Positions 52,585 to 64,000 of a stretch of 64,000 nt of DNA are shown piece by piece. The translations under genes and the position numbers were made by a program. A model generated the notes under the pieces. It did not search any database and was not told the DNA's origin. It saw nothing but the letters and a program-made list of their open reading frames with translations. Source of the stretch: Seinonella peptonophila (GTDB lineage Bacteria; Bacillota; Bacilli; Thermoactinomycetales; Thermoactinomycetaceae); the NCBI RefSeq assembly GCF_900129355.1, contig NZ_FQVL01000007.1, positions 58,106 to 122,105 of the forward strand, in the 5' to 3' direction. Positions within the stretch are counted from its first letter, which is position 1, and each line of letters begins with the position of its first letter.

Positions 52585-53367
52585 ATGCTATTTGTAATCG
52601 ATGTAGGCAATACAAATATTGTATTAGGAATTTATCGGGAACGTGAATTGGTCTATCATTGGCGCATTCATACAGATCGTGAAGCGACTGAAGATGAATA
52701 TGCAATGCTGATCAAAAATTTACTGCAAGATGTTCATTTAAAATGGGGCAATATAAAAGGTGTTGCGATCTCATCAGTCGTACCACCACTCACCTATGTA
52801 CTTCGTAAATGGTCAGAAAAATATCTTTCGATTGACCCGATTGTGCTAGAACCTGGTGTAAAAACGGGAATGAATATATTATATGACTCTCCACGTGATG
52901 TAGGGGCAGATCGGATTGTAAATGCAGTCGCTGCCAGCGAAAAATTTGGAGGCCCTGTTATTATCGTAGACTTTGGGACGGCTACAACTTTTTGTCTTGT
53001 TGATGAACATAAGAATTATCGAGGAGGGATTATTGCTCCTGGGATTCATGTCTCGTTAGAAGCTTTAGTCTCACGCACGGCAAAGCTGCCCCGTGTTGAA
53101 GTAGCTAGGCCAGAAGAAGTGGTCGGTCGGAATACGATCAATGCGATGCAGTCAGGGCTTTATTATGGATATGTAGGGTCGGTAGATGGGGTTGTCAATC
53201 GGATTAAGCAAACATTGACAAAGAAGCCAACTGTTGTTGCTACTGGTGGGTTGGCCCGTTTGATAGCAGAGGATGCCGATACCATTGATTATATCGAGCC
53301 TTGGCTTACTTTAGAAGGGTTGCGACTGATCTATGAAAGAAATAGAGGTGAACAAGAAAATGTCTAG
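52585..53367 (+). CDS. coaX: type III pantothenate kinase
   Basis: MLFVIDVGNTNIVLG...; ASKHA fold. Confidence 0.9.
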   Translation: MLFVIDVGNTNIVLGIYRERELVYHWRIHTDREATEDEYAMLIKNLLQDVHLKWGNIKGVAISSVVPPLTYVLRKWSEKYLSIDPIVLEPGVKTGMNILYDSPRDVGADRIVNAVAASEKFGGPVIIVDFGTATTFCLVDEHKNYRGGIIAPGIHVSLEALVSRTAKLPRVEVARPEEVVGRNTINAMQSGLYYGYVGSVDGVVNRIKQTLTKKPTVVATGGLARLIAEDADTIDYIEPWLTLEGLRLIYERNRGEQENV

Positions 53368-54229
53368 TTATATTGTTCGTGCGATTGCTCGAAACGGTGA
53401 AGTTCGTGCTTTTGCTGCGGAAACACGTTCACTCGTACAGGAGGCAGTCAATCGCCATCTCACATTCCCTGTAGCAAGCGCTGCATTGGGGCGCACTTTA
53501 ACGATGGGTGCCATTTGGAGTGCGATCTTAAAAGAAGAGCAAGAAGTGGTGACAATCAGGGTTGAGGGTGATGGTCCACTTGGCAAGGTGATCGTACATG
53601 CCAATGGAGCTGGTGAAGTTCGCGGATTAGTTGATGAGCCACAGATTGAAGTGCCCAACTATCCAGATGGTAAATTAAATGTAGCAGCGGCTGTAGGTCA
53701 GGGAATGATCCATATCTCAAAAGATATTGGCTTACGGGAGCCTTACCAAGGTAGCTCGCCTATTGTTTCAGGTGAATTGGCTGAGGATTTCACTTATTAT
53801 TTTACCACATCAGAGCAGACGCCTTCTTCTGTAGGACTTGGTATCTTGGTACAGAGAGAACAGATTCTACAAGCTGGTGGGTATCTACTTCAAGTATTAC
53901 CTCAAGCGACAGATGAGACGATCTCCCGCTTAGAAGAGCGAATCAGTCAGCTCACGTCGATCACCGATTTTTATCAGCAAGGAGGCTCGCCAGAGAAGCT
54001 ATTGGAACACATACTTGGCGAAAATCTAAATTTCTTATCACAAACAGAAGTAACATTCTCGTGTCGGTGTTCGAATGAGAGCGTGGCAAATATGTTACGA
54101 AGTCTAGGGAAGAAAGAAATCCAATCGATTATAGACGAAATCGGCTATGCAGAGGTAACCTGCCACTTCTGCAATGAAAAGTATCATTTTGATCAAACAC
54201 AGTTGTTGCAGTTGATTGATCAACCTTAA
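53360..54229 (+). CDS. hslO: redox-regulated chaperone Hsp33
   Basis: C-terminal CRCS...CHFC zinc centre. Confidence 0.9.
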   Translation: MSSYIVRAIARNGEVRAFAAETRSLVQEAVNRHLTFPVASAALGRTLTMGAIWSAILKEEQEVVTIRVEGDGPLGKVIVHANGAGEVRGLVDEPQIEVPNYPDGKLNVAAAVGQGMIHISKDIGLREPYQGSSPIVSGELAEDFTYYFTTSEQTPSSVGLGILVQREQILQAGGYLLQVLPQATDETISRLEERISQLTSITDFYQQGGSPEKLLEHILGENLNFLSQTEVTFSCRCSNESVANMLRSLGKKEIQSIIDEIGYAEVTCHFCNEKYHFDQTQLLQLIDQP

Positions 54230-54293
54230 AATGACGGACACGCCCGCCGCTCCGAAGAGCGGGGGCGTGCCGTGACCCGGGGTTGTGGGAGGG

Positions 54294-54668
54294 TCAGTCC
54301 TCGGCGTTGTCCTCGTCGGCCGGTCGCATCTTCACGGCGACGACGATCCCGATGGCGAACAGGATGAACAGGAAGGGGAACTGGCTGACGATCGCGCCGG
54401 CGTAGAAGCCGAGCAGCGCCATGCCCGGACGCCACTTCTTGACGAACAGCTCCAGCTTCGTGGCGAAGTGCCCGCCGACGGTGCTCTGCTGCTCCATCTT
54501 CTTGGAGATGCGCACGGCGGCGAAGAGCACACAGAGGGCGAAGAGCGCGGGGACTCCGATGACGACCGTCATCATGAAGCTGTCAAACCCGATGAGCAGG
54601 CCGATGAGGGTGGTCCCGATGCTCACTGAGGTGGCGGCGCTCGGACGGAGGAAGGACGATTTGGACAT
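54294..54668 (-). CDS. hypothetical small membrane protein on a roughly 62% GC island between hslO and cysK
   Basis: three hydrophobic helices; the only frame in this GC-rich stretch with protein-like composition; GC-rich terminator hairpin at 54245-54275. Confidence 0.45.
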   Translation of the reverse strand: MSKSSFLRPSAATSVSIGTTLIGLLIGFDSFMMTVVIGVPALFALCVLFAAVRISKKMEQQSTVGGHFATKLELFVKKWRPGMALLGFYAGAIVSQFPFLFILFAIGIVVAVKMRPADEDNAED

Positions 54669-55074
54669 GACTTTCCCTTTCGGGTTTGCTGCCACAGGCA
54701 GTTACGAACGGAATCTGATTCTGTTCGGTAGCTTCACTAGGGATCTAGCGAATTCACCTTGTAAATGCTCCAATCTGGACAAGGTGAAAAGGGCAACTAC
54801 CTACTTGATTTCAACATAGCATGTGGATAAGGATGATGCAAGTTACAAGGAGCAGTAGATGGTTCGGAGGATAGAATTTCTAGGTCTTAACTAAGAAGTC
54901 CGTTTGAAGCAATGAGCAAACGAGGTAGCACATTTGTGATCGGATTGCGCCTGCATATTTGTAATTTTTCATCATGCTTGACCACCCCCTACGTATGAAA
55001 TGCGGGGGATGCTTATGTAATCTCTCACAACTGAGAGAAATCGAATCAATTAAGCGTGCATCCGACGTTATAAA

Positions 55075-55345
55075 TTCAGCTTGAAGAAAACCCCTTAAAC
55101 GAGTGGAGAGGTAATCGGCAAAGCTCCATTTCGGGCGCAACTTAGCGGAATGGCAGCTGAAGCGGTATTTTCCTTACGGGCAAACTGTTCAAGTCTCCGC
55201 AGGCGGATGCCGGAGGAGGCGAGTTTTGCCCGACCACAAAAGCTGTCAGAACGCGGACAGATTCACATCCTTGCAAGCCCGGGTCGGAGCAAAGCCGTAA
55301 GCCACGATCACGAGCCGCCGATCACGGAGCTTTGTCTACACTCTG
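55075..55345 (+). repeat. intergenic repeat family A, copy A3 (upstream of cysK)
   Basis: homologous to A1/A2; shares the TTCAGcTTGAAGAAAAC left end. Confidence 0.5.
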
Positions 55346-55494
55346 GTTATAAATAATTGTGTAAACGAAACTGACAAAGGGAAGAAAAAAAGAGATCGAT
55401 CTGTTGAGAGAAGTTGCTTGACAGTTGTGGATGGACATTGATAAGATAATATATAAAATCCTATATGATTAATAGGAATAGGAGGAATCACTCC

Positions 55495-56424
55495 ATGACA
55501 ATCGCAAATAATATATTGGAATTAATTGGCCGTACACCTAGCGTTCGATTAAATCGAATTGTTGGGAAATCGGATGCAGATGTATATTTAAAGCTTGAGT
55601 TTTTTAATCCTGGGGGCAGTGTAAAAGATCGGATTGCTTATAGTATGATTCATGAAGCTGAGCAACGGGGTGACTTAAAACCCGGTGATGTAATCGTTGA
55701 ACCGACAAGCGGAAATACGGGAATTGGTTTAGCTTTGGTAGCAGCAGCAAAGGGCTATCGGACCATTTTGGTTATGCCAGATACCATGAGTTTAGAAAGA
55801 AGAAATCTATTACGTGCATATGGAGCGGAATTATACTTAACTCCTGGTTCAGAGGGAATGAAAGGGGCAGTTGCCAAGGCAGAGCAACTAGCGAAAGAGA
55901 ATGACAATTATTTTCTACCTCAGCAATTTAAAAATCCAGATAATGTAAAGATTCATTTTGAAACAACTGCGCAAGAGATTGTTGAAGATTTTGGCGACCA
56001 ATTAGATGCATTTGTAGCAGGAGTAGGAACAGGTGGAACGATCACAGGTGTTGGTCGTGTCTTAAAAGATAAAATCCCCAATGTTCAAATCATCGCTGTT
56101 GAACCAAGCGCATCACCTATCTTGCAAGGCGGCACACCTGGACCACATAAGATTCAAGGAATTGGTGCTAATTTCGTACCCGATATTTTGGATACAGAAA
56201 TTTATCAGGAAATAATCGGAATTGATAATGAAGAGGCATTCGAATGGGCGCGTAAGTTGGCTCGTGAAGAGGGGATTTTAGGTGGAATATCGACTGGGGC
56301 TGCTGTAGCGGCGGCAGTTCGGATTGCTCGTCGATTGGGTGAAGGAAAGAAAGTGCTTGCTGTAGCCCCAAGTAATGGTGAACGTTACCTCAGCACACCT
56401 TTGTATCAGTTTGATACTGAATAA
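55495..56424 (+). CDS. cysK: cysteine synthase A (O-acetylserine sulfhydrylase)
   Basis: [12 protein letters not shown]-lysine motif; AGGAGG RBS. Confidence 0.9.
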   Translation: MTIANNILELIGRTPSVRLNRIVGKSDADVYLKLEFFNPGGSVKDRIAYSMIHEAEQRGDLKPGDVIVEPTSGNTGIGLALVAAAKGYRTILVMPDTMSLERRNLLRAYGAELYLTPGSEGMKGAVAKAEQLAKENDNYFLPQQFKNPDNVKIHFETTAQEIVEDFGDQLDAFVAGVGTGGTITGVGRVLKDKIPNVQIIAVEPSASPILQGGTPGPHKIQGIGANFVPDILDTEIYQEIIGIDNEEAFEWARKLAREEGILGGISTGAAVAAAVRIARRLGEGKKVLAVAPSNGERYLSTPLYQFDTE

Positions 56425-56466
56425 TGTTAGAAAACCATTAAAGCATCTAACATGTTTACGCTAGGT

Positions 56467-56827
56467 TTCAGACTGATGAAAAATCCAATTGATGAAATGA
56501 AGAGGTTCGTACAATTGGGTAGAAGAAGAAATCGTGGAGTCAATATTTCGCTGCGGGCGGAAAAATACTCCTTAACCCGCATTTTACTAGGCGCTACCAA
56601 GCCACGACTGTGTAACGAAGAATAGTCAGTAGTACTGTCTGCACACGCCATGCACAAGTTTCGCTAAGCAGCTAACGCGCTGCAAGTCTCACTATGACGA
56701 GGTAGCCAAGTTGATACCGCCCTGAGTGAGCAGTCATGGCGCCTTGAAGACATCAACGCATCCTGAAATGGAGGCGAAGCGTGAAATATTGACGGAACCT
56801 TTACTTTATCTACTAATAGACACTTAG
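56467..56827 (+). mobile_element. repeat family B copy B2 inserted in the cysK terminator; flanked by a duplicated CATGTTTACGCTAGGT (56451-56466 and 56828-56843)
   Basis: core homologous to 35968-36327; the right-hand copy of the duplication is followed by TGTTTTTT, giving an intact terminator. Confidence 0.5.
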
Positions 56828-56977
56828 CATGTTTACGCTAGGTGTTTTTTGCTGTGCAAATATGAATCTAGTTAATCTTCAATTTTTAAATCTGAGGCCA
56901 AGAAATAGTTTTTCATGATGAATGAAATAAGGTATATTAAGAGCACTTGAATAACTTTTCTATGGTTCGGTAGGTGT

Positions 56978-57826
56978 GTGGAATTGCAACGAGTGATCAA
57001 AACAGGGAAATATCAATTACCAATTGGTGAGCGGACATTGGTAATGGGCATATTAAATGTAACACCTGATTCTTTTTCTGATGGTGGAAAGTATTTAGCG
57101 CCTGAAGCAGCGGTGGCACATGCGATGCAGATGGTGAAAGAGGGGGCAGATATCATCGATATAGGCGGTGAATCGACTCGTCCGGGGCATCAATCTGTCT
57201 CCTTAGACGAAGAGTTAGCGAGAGTGATTCCGATTGTGCAAGCTGTAGCAGATACGATTCAAGTGCCGATCTCCATCGATACGTATAAAGCGAGCGTGGC
57301 AAAAGAGGCGATAGAAGCAGGTGCGAGCATAATCAATGATGTTTGGGGCGGAAAGTATGACCCAGAAATGAGAAAAGTAGCTGCAAAGCTCGATGTTCCG
57401 ATGATTTTCATGCATAATCGATCAAATACAGTCTATTCATCCATGATGAAAGAGATCAAACAAGAATTGCTAGAATCTGTAAACACTTATCTTCAAGCAG
57501 GTGGTCGTGAAGAGCATGTGATTCTTGATCCAGGGATAGGTTTTGCAAAAGGGTACCACGGGGATCTGCATGTGATGAAACATCTTGAGCAGATCGTTGC
57601 CTTAGGGTATCCTGTTTTGCTTGGAACCTCTCGTAAATCGATGATTGGGAAGACCTTGGATTTGCCACCAGAGCAGCGACTAGAAGGTACTGCGGCGACT
57701 GTAGCATTAGGGATTGCAAAAGGGTGTCACATTGTCCGTGTACATGATGTAAAGGAGATGGTACGCGTTTGTCGGATGATGGATGCAATGTTGAATAATG
57801 ATTGGGGTGAAACGCTTGACAGTTAG
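56978..57826 (+). CDS. folP: dihydropteroate synthase
   Basis: LVMGILNVTPDSFSDGG. Confidence 0.9.
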   Translation: MELQRVIKTGKYQLPIGERTLVMGILNVTPDSFSDGGKYLAPEAAVAHAMQMVKEGADIIDIGGESTRPGHQSVSLDEELARVIPIVQAVADTIQVPISIDTYKASVAKEAIEAGASIINDVWGGKYDPEMRKVAAKLDVPMIFMHNRSNTVYSSMMKEIKQELLESVNTYLQAGGREEHVILDPGIGFAKGYHGDLHVMKHLEQIVALGYPVLLGTSRKSMIGKTLDLPPEQRLEGTAATVALGIAKGCHIVRVHDVKEMVRVCRMMDAMLNNDWGETLDS

Positions 57827-57839
57827 TGTTGATTACTCC

Positions 57840-58208
57840 ATGATGGATCATATCCAATTGAAACGGATGGCTTTTTATGGGTATCATGGTGCTTTAGAAG
57901 AAGAAAATCGACTAGGACAACGTTTTTTTGTTGATCTTGACTTATATCTTTCATTAGAGAAAGCTGGGCAAACAGATGACCTTGAAGCGACAGTGAACTA
58001 TGCTGATGTCTATCAACAAGTGCAGCAAGTAGTAGAAGGGCATCAGGTAAAGTTGATTGAACGAGTGGCAGAGAAGGTAGCAGCTCGTTGTTTGTCTCTG
58101 TACCCAATCAAAGCGATTCGTGTCAAAGTTGAAAAACCAAATCCGCCAATTCCGGGGCATTACGAAGCGGTGAGTGTCGTGATTTTTAGGAGTCGAGCAG
58201 GATCATGA
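57840..58208 (+). CDS. folB: dihydroneopterin aldolase
   Basis: FYGYHGALEEENRLGQRF...PNPPIPGHY. Confidence 0.85.
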   Translation: MMDHIQLKRMAFYGYHGALEEENRLGQRFFVDLDLYLSLEKAGQTDDLEATVNYADVYQQVQQVVEGHQVKLIERVAEKVAARCLSLYPIKAIRVKVEKPNPPIPGHYEAVSVVIFRSRAGS

Positions 58209-58708
58209 ATATAGCTTATCTTGGCTTAGGGAGTAATCAAGGAGATCGTTTGCAGCACTTGCAGCAAGCAATCCAGCAGATCAATCGAGTAGCAGGCATA
58301 TCGATATCACGACTCTCTTCCATCTATGAAACAGCGCCAGTTGGTTATGTCGATCAAGGTTCTTTTTTTAATATGGTGTGTGAAATTGAAGTGGAGCTAC
58401 CTGCGGATGTACTATTGTCTGAGATGTTAGCGATTGAACAGCGACTTAAACGTACACGCACGATTCGCTTTGGTCCACGGACGATTGATATAGATATCTT
58501 ACTGTTTGATCATGAACAGATTCATACACGAGACTTAATCGTGCCACACCCTAGAATGTGGGAGCGCGCTTTTGTGATCATTCCATTGACTGAACTGATC
58601 CCTGATTACAAGCCTCCTACTCCCGAGAAAACGATAAAAGAACTCGGTAAGCGACTCATACAAGAACAACAAATTAAAAAACTGAATCAAGTGATAAGTG
58701 CTACATAG
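58205..58708 (+). CDS. folK: 6-hydroxymethyl-7,8-dihydropterin pyrophosphokinase
   Basis: AYLGLGSNQGDR...GPRTIDIDILLF. Confidence 0.9.
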   Translation: MNIAYLGLGSNQGDRLQHLQQAIQQINRVAGISISRLSSIYETAPVGYVDQGSFFNMVCEIEVELPADVLLSEMLAIEQRLKRTRTIRFGPRTIDIDILLFDHEQIHTRDLIVPHPRMWERAFVIIPLTELIPDYKPPTPEKTIKELGKRLIQEQQIKKLNQVISAT

Positions 58709-58724
58709 AAAGGAGGCAGTTTGC

Positions 58725-61222
<2,498 letters not shown>

Positions 61223-61371
61223 AGATATAAAAAAGTTGTAAACATAGGTGTAGTGGGCGCCTTTGGGAAATGCCAATTTAACACATTAGGAATATAAATA
61301 AGAAAAGCTAAGGTACTCAATGGAAAATGAGAAACCTAGCTTTTCTTTCTTAGTGGCAACGATTGGTACGG

Positions 61372-61698
61372 TTATTTTTCGGTTGTAGAAGCAAGCTCAG
61401 AAATAATAATTTCACTTCCGAGTATAGGAGATTCTTTCGATCCCTTGCCTTCAGTAGGTTGCTTATGAGCATTTTTAAACGCATCACTTTCACGCCAAAC
61501 TCTAAAACTTTCTAAGGTTTCCCAATACATATTCACATTCATTTCATCAAAATCCTTATTATGATTGCAAACTAACACTTCGGTTTTAATAAAGCCATCG
61601 AATTGATGAATTTGTTGGTTCGCTGTGAAAGTTGGCGCCATGTGTTTGGCGAATCCTTTTTGTGTTTTAATGCGATTTGTAATAACAAACATGATCAT
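61372..61698 (-). CDS. ABM-family (antibiotic biosynthesis monooxygenase/IsdG-like) protein
   Basis: about 105 aa ferredoxin-like; W...ESxExFxxW pattern. Confidence 0.5.
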   Translation of the reverse strand: MIMFVITNRIKTQKGFAKHMAPTFTANQQIHQFDGFIKTEVLVCNHNKDFDEMNVNMYWETLESFRVWRESDAFKNAHKQPTEGKGSKESPILGSEIIISELASTTEK

Positions 61699-61734
61699 TT
61701 CTCCCTTTTATTTAATTTTTATCAAATTAATAAA

Positions 61735-62433
61735 TTATTTAATAATTGAGCTTTGCATTACCTTTGGTATTAATTTCCCATCTTCCATATGATATACATG
61801 GTCACAATAAGTTAACATACGTTGATCATGTGTCACCATGATGGCTGCTTTTTGCCGCTTTTTTACCTCAGCGGCAATTAATTTTACAACTTCATGAGCA
61901 CGCTTAGAATCTAAACTTGCTGTCGGTTCATCAGCAAGAATAACGCTTGGTTGGTTGAATAAGGCACGAGATATAGCTACGCGTTGACGCTCACCACCAG
62001 ATAATTCGTGGGGCATTTTCGTGAGCTTATTACCCAACCCCAGCTCTGTTAATAAATTGATTGCAAACTGATGATCCTGTTTACTCGATTTCCCTGACAT
62101 TTTATTAATCAAAATCAACTGATCAAGTACAGATAAATAAGGAATTAAATTTGATGATTGTAAAATAAACCCTATTTCATTTAAACGAAAGTTTGCTAAT
62201 TGCTTCGGACTTAATGCTCCTACATCTTGACCATTTACCATCACGTTTCCAGACGTTGGCTTTATTAATGCACCAATAATTGATAGTAAAGTGCTTTTTC
62301 CTGAGCCAGAAGGGCCGACAATTGCTGCCAGCTCTCCAGAATTGACTGTAATAGAAGCTTCTTGCAAAGCTGTTATAATAGATGACCCCTCTCTATATTG
62401 TTTCGTAACCTGTTGTAACTGAATACCACTCAT
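61735..62433 (-). CDS. ABC transporter ATP-binding protein (MacB/FtsE-like)
   Basis: GPSGSGKSTLL Walker A; LSGGERQRVAISRAL signature. Confidence 0.9.
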   Translation of the reverse strand: MSGIQLQQVTKQYREGSSIITALQEASITVNSGELAAIVGPSGSGKSTLLSIIGALIKPTSGNVMVNGQDVGALSPKQLANFRLNEIGFILQSSNLIPYLSVLDQLILINKMSGKSSKQDHQFAINLLTELGLGNKLTKMPHELSGGERQRVAISRALFNQPSVILADEPTASLDSKRAHEVVKLIAAEVKKRQKAAIMVTHDQRMLTYCDHVYHMEDGKLIPKVMQSSIIK

Positions 62434-63561
62434 CTATTCCACTCTCCCTAAAGCTGTTAGCGGATCAATTTTGGCAATTTGTCGAACAGAAATAATTGAA
62501 CTCAAAAGACTAATCATTAATAAACAAAGTGCATATAAGACAACAAGCTTCACATCTAAATCGAAGGGCATGTTTTTGGGAAATGCAAGAGCTGTTAAGT
62601 ATGTTAAACCAATCCCTATCATGATGCCAGAAAAGGATAGAATAAAAACTTGTGAGACAATTGCCTTTGAAATAAATCGATTTGATGCACCAATAGCTTT
62701 CATAACACCAAATTGTGAGGTTTTCTGAATCGTAATCACGTAGAAGAAAGCTGCGATGATAAATGCTGAAATAACCATTAGGAATACAAGCATCATTAGA
62801 ATGGTTCCACTTTCTTCCTTATAACCCGGCATCCCATTTACAGCTACTGGTTTTGTAACAGTTTCAATTCCTTTAATCTCTTTATCAAGTTTTGCGGCAT
62901 TTAAATGAGGTGCTTTTAAAGTGACGGCTTGAACTGGTTTTTTTACACCATTATCAGCCCCTGGTGCTGCAAATTGATAATCTCTCCATGTATTCAGATT
63001 TGTAAATAATACAGGTAAATGGTTGAACGTTTCATTTTCAACAAAACCAATAATTGTTAACTTCATTTTAGAATTAGAAACAAGTAGTTCATCGTTTATT
63101 TTGTATCCTGCGTCTTTTAAACTCTTATTAGCTAGAACACCAAATTTATCACCAGTTGACAGCTTTTTCCCTTCTATGACGTTTGGTTCAATAAATGAGC
63201 CTACGGTGATTCCAAGTAGTGCCACATCTGTTTTCTTGTTAGCATTACCCGTTTTTTCTGTGGAGATAGATGCCATGGAAGATCCAAAGCCAGCTGCATC
63301 CTCTACATCTTTATTTTTTTTAATTTCATTGATTAAATCGCCAGAAAGAATCGATTTACTAAAAGTAGCACTAGCAGATTTCTCATAAACAACATAATTT
63401 GCATCTAGGTTTTTAATTGATGCAGCACTTAGAGTTGAAAGGCCATTTCCCAGTCCTGATAAGATAAAAACAAGCCATGCAATTAAAATAATGATGATGC
63501 TCATCATTACATAACGAAATTTTGCATGCTTTAATTCTTTTATTGCTAAAAACAAGTTCAA
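62434..63561 (-). CDS. ABC transporter permease, FtsX/MacB-like (4-TM with large extracytoplasmic loop); start set at TTG after GGAGGGAG RBS, ORF open to 63630
   Basis: N-terminal TM, roughly 230-aa periplasmic domain, three C-terminal TMs; abuts the ATPase gene. Confidence 0.7.
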   Translation of the reverse strand: MNLFLAIKELKHAKFRYVMMSIIIILIAWLVFILSGLGNGLSTLSAASIKNLDANYVVYEKSASATFSKSILSGDLINEIKKNKDVEDAAGFGSSMASISTEKTGNANKKTDVALLGITVGSFIEPNVIEGKKLSTGDKFGVLANKSLKDAGYKINDELLVSNSKMKLTIIGFVENETFNHLPVLFTNLNTWRDYQFAAPGADNGVKKPVQAVTLKAPHLNAAKLDKEIKGIETVTKPVAVNGMPGYKEESGTILMMLVFLMVISAFIIAAFFYVITIQKTSQFGVMKAIGASNRFISKAIVSQVFILSFSGIMIGIGLTYLTALAFPKNMPFDLDVKLVVLYALCLLMISLLSSIISVRQIAKIDPLTALGRVE

Positions 63562-63579
63562 ACTCTCCCTCCGATTTTT

Positions 63580-63667
63580 AGTTACACATGTGTCACTTTG
63601 GATAAAAAAATAACTTATATGTTTACACATAGATTATTATACATATAAGTTACACATGTGTCACTTG
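63580..63667. promoter_or_regulatory. two identical 19-bp palindromic operator-like sites AGTTACACATGTGTCACTT (63580-63598, 63649-63667) plus an 11-bp inverted repeat between them
   Basis: read directly; located between the TetR gene and the ABC operon. Confidence 0.5.
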
Positions 63668-64000
63668 TTTTTTAGAATTCCATTTAGAATCAACTTTTTC
63701 GTATAAAAGAACGCTTTTTCAGTGTCCATTCCTGAGTGATTAGGAATAGAAATACTTTGAAATATAAATCCTAGTAAAAGGTCATTCGGTAGATCCATCT
63801 CGATATAGCCTTCTGATTTGCCTTGCTGTACTAAATGGATAAGAGGTTTATATAGTTCGCGATGCATAAGAGAAAGATGTCTTTTCTTTCCTTCCAAAAG
63901 TGGTGCGCCTTTGGTGGGGATGACTTCCTGAATTCCAAGAATTAAATGCAAATCCTTGTACATAAATATTTTTTGCAAAAGGGTGTTTACCTTTTCTAGA
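63661..64000 (-). CDS. TetR/AcrR-family regulator, C-terminal part (gene continues past the window end)
   Basis: C-terminal ligand-binding-like helices; ORF open to the window edge. Confidence 0.5.
   Translation of the reverse strand, partial: LEKVNTLLQKIFMYKDLHLILGIQEVIPTKGAPLLEGKKRHLSLMHRELYKPLIHLVQQGKSEGYIEMDLPNDLLLGFIFQSISIPNHSGMDTEKAFFYTKKLILNGILKNK

Noticed and set aside
54226-54819. Plus-strand ORFs 54285-54629 and 54421-54819, and minus-strand ORFs 54226-54435 and 54332-54532
   Set aside because: Overlapping frames in GC-rich DNA; only 54294-54668 (-) shows TM-helix hydropathy. Even that call is moderate.
54880-55140. 86-aa minus-strand ORF
   Set aside because: Overlaps repeat family A copy A3; composition unremarkable; no RBS.

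Overview
This window is an AT-rich Bacillales (endospore-former) chromosome segment in two parts.

Accessory region, about 1-36.8 kb:
- It begins with a tight four-gene operon (213-3755) predicted to encode a small protein, a YejK/NdpA-like (NA37) nucleoid-associated protein, an Mrr-like PD-(D/E)xK nuclease and a 399-aa unknown protein. This is the best candidate for an undescribed defence-type system.
- The operon sits next to an integration scar at 3.8-8.9 kb, which holds two direct copies of a tRNA 3'-half att-like site, a TnpB C-terminal fragment with an omega-RNA-like right end, an MNT/HepT toxin-antitoxin pair whose hepT carries an in-frame TAA, and three decayed copies of a YtrA/GntR-Nudix module.
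- Five single-gene islands of 50-65% GC interrupt the roughly 35% GC host DNA. One of them lies inside the conserved core, between hslO and cysK.
- Other accessory genes are an MFS transporter, an XRE-cupin regulator, RidA, an acyltransferase-3, two RibD_C/DHFR-like paralogues, an ArsR-SRPBCC pair, LemA-HtpX, an 874-aa internally duplicated protein, a catalase, an SPFH protein and a CPBP protease.

Core region, about 36.8-64 kb:
- The gene order matches the B. subtilis origin-proximal block yabN(mazG)-yabO-yabP-yabQ-divIC-tRNA(fMet)-tRNA(Met)-spoIIE-tilS-hpt-ftsH-coaX-hslO-cysK-folP-folB-folK-dusB-lysS.
- Relative to B. subtilis, yabR, yacD, pabBAC and yazB are absent.
- It ends with a minus-strand ABC (ATPase plus FtsX-like permease) and ABM operon that has palindromic operators upstream of the permease, beside a TetR gene that is only partly within the window.

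Three families of intergenic repeats recur across the window. Two share a TTCAGACTGA left end and sit inside duplicated terminator hairpins, which points to a small non-coding mobile element that targets terminators. No CRISPR array or rRNA was seen.
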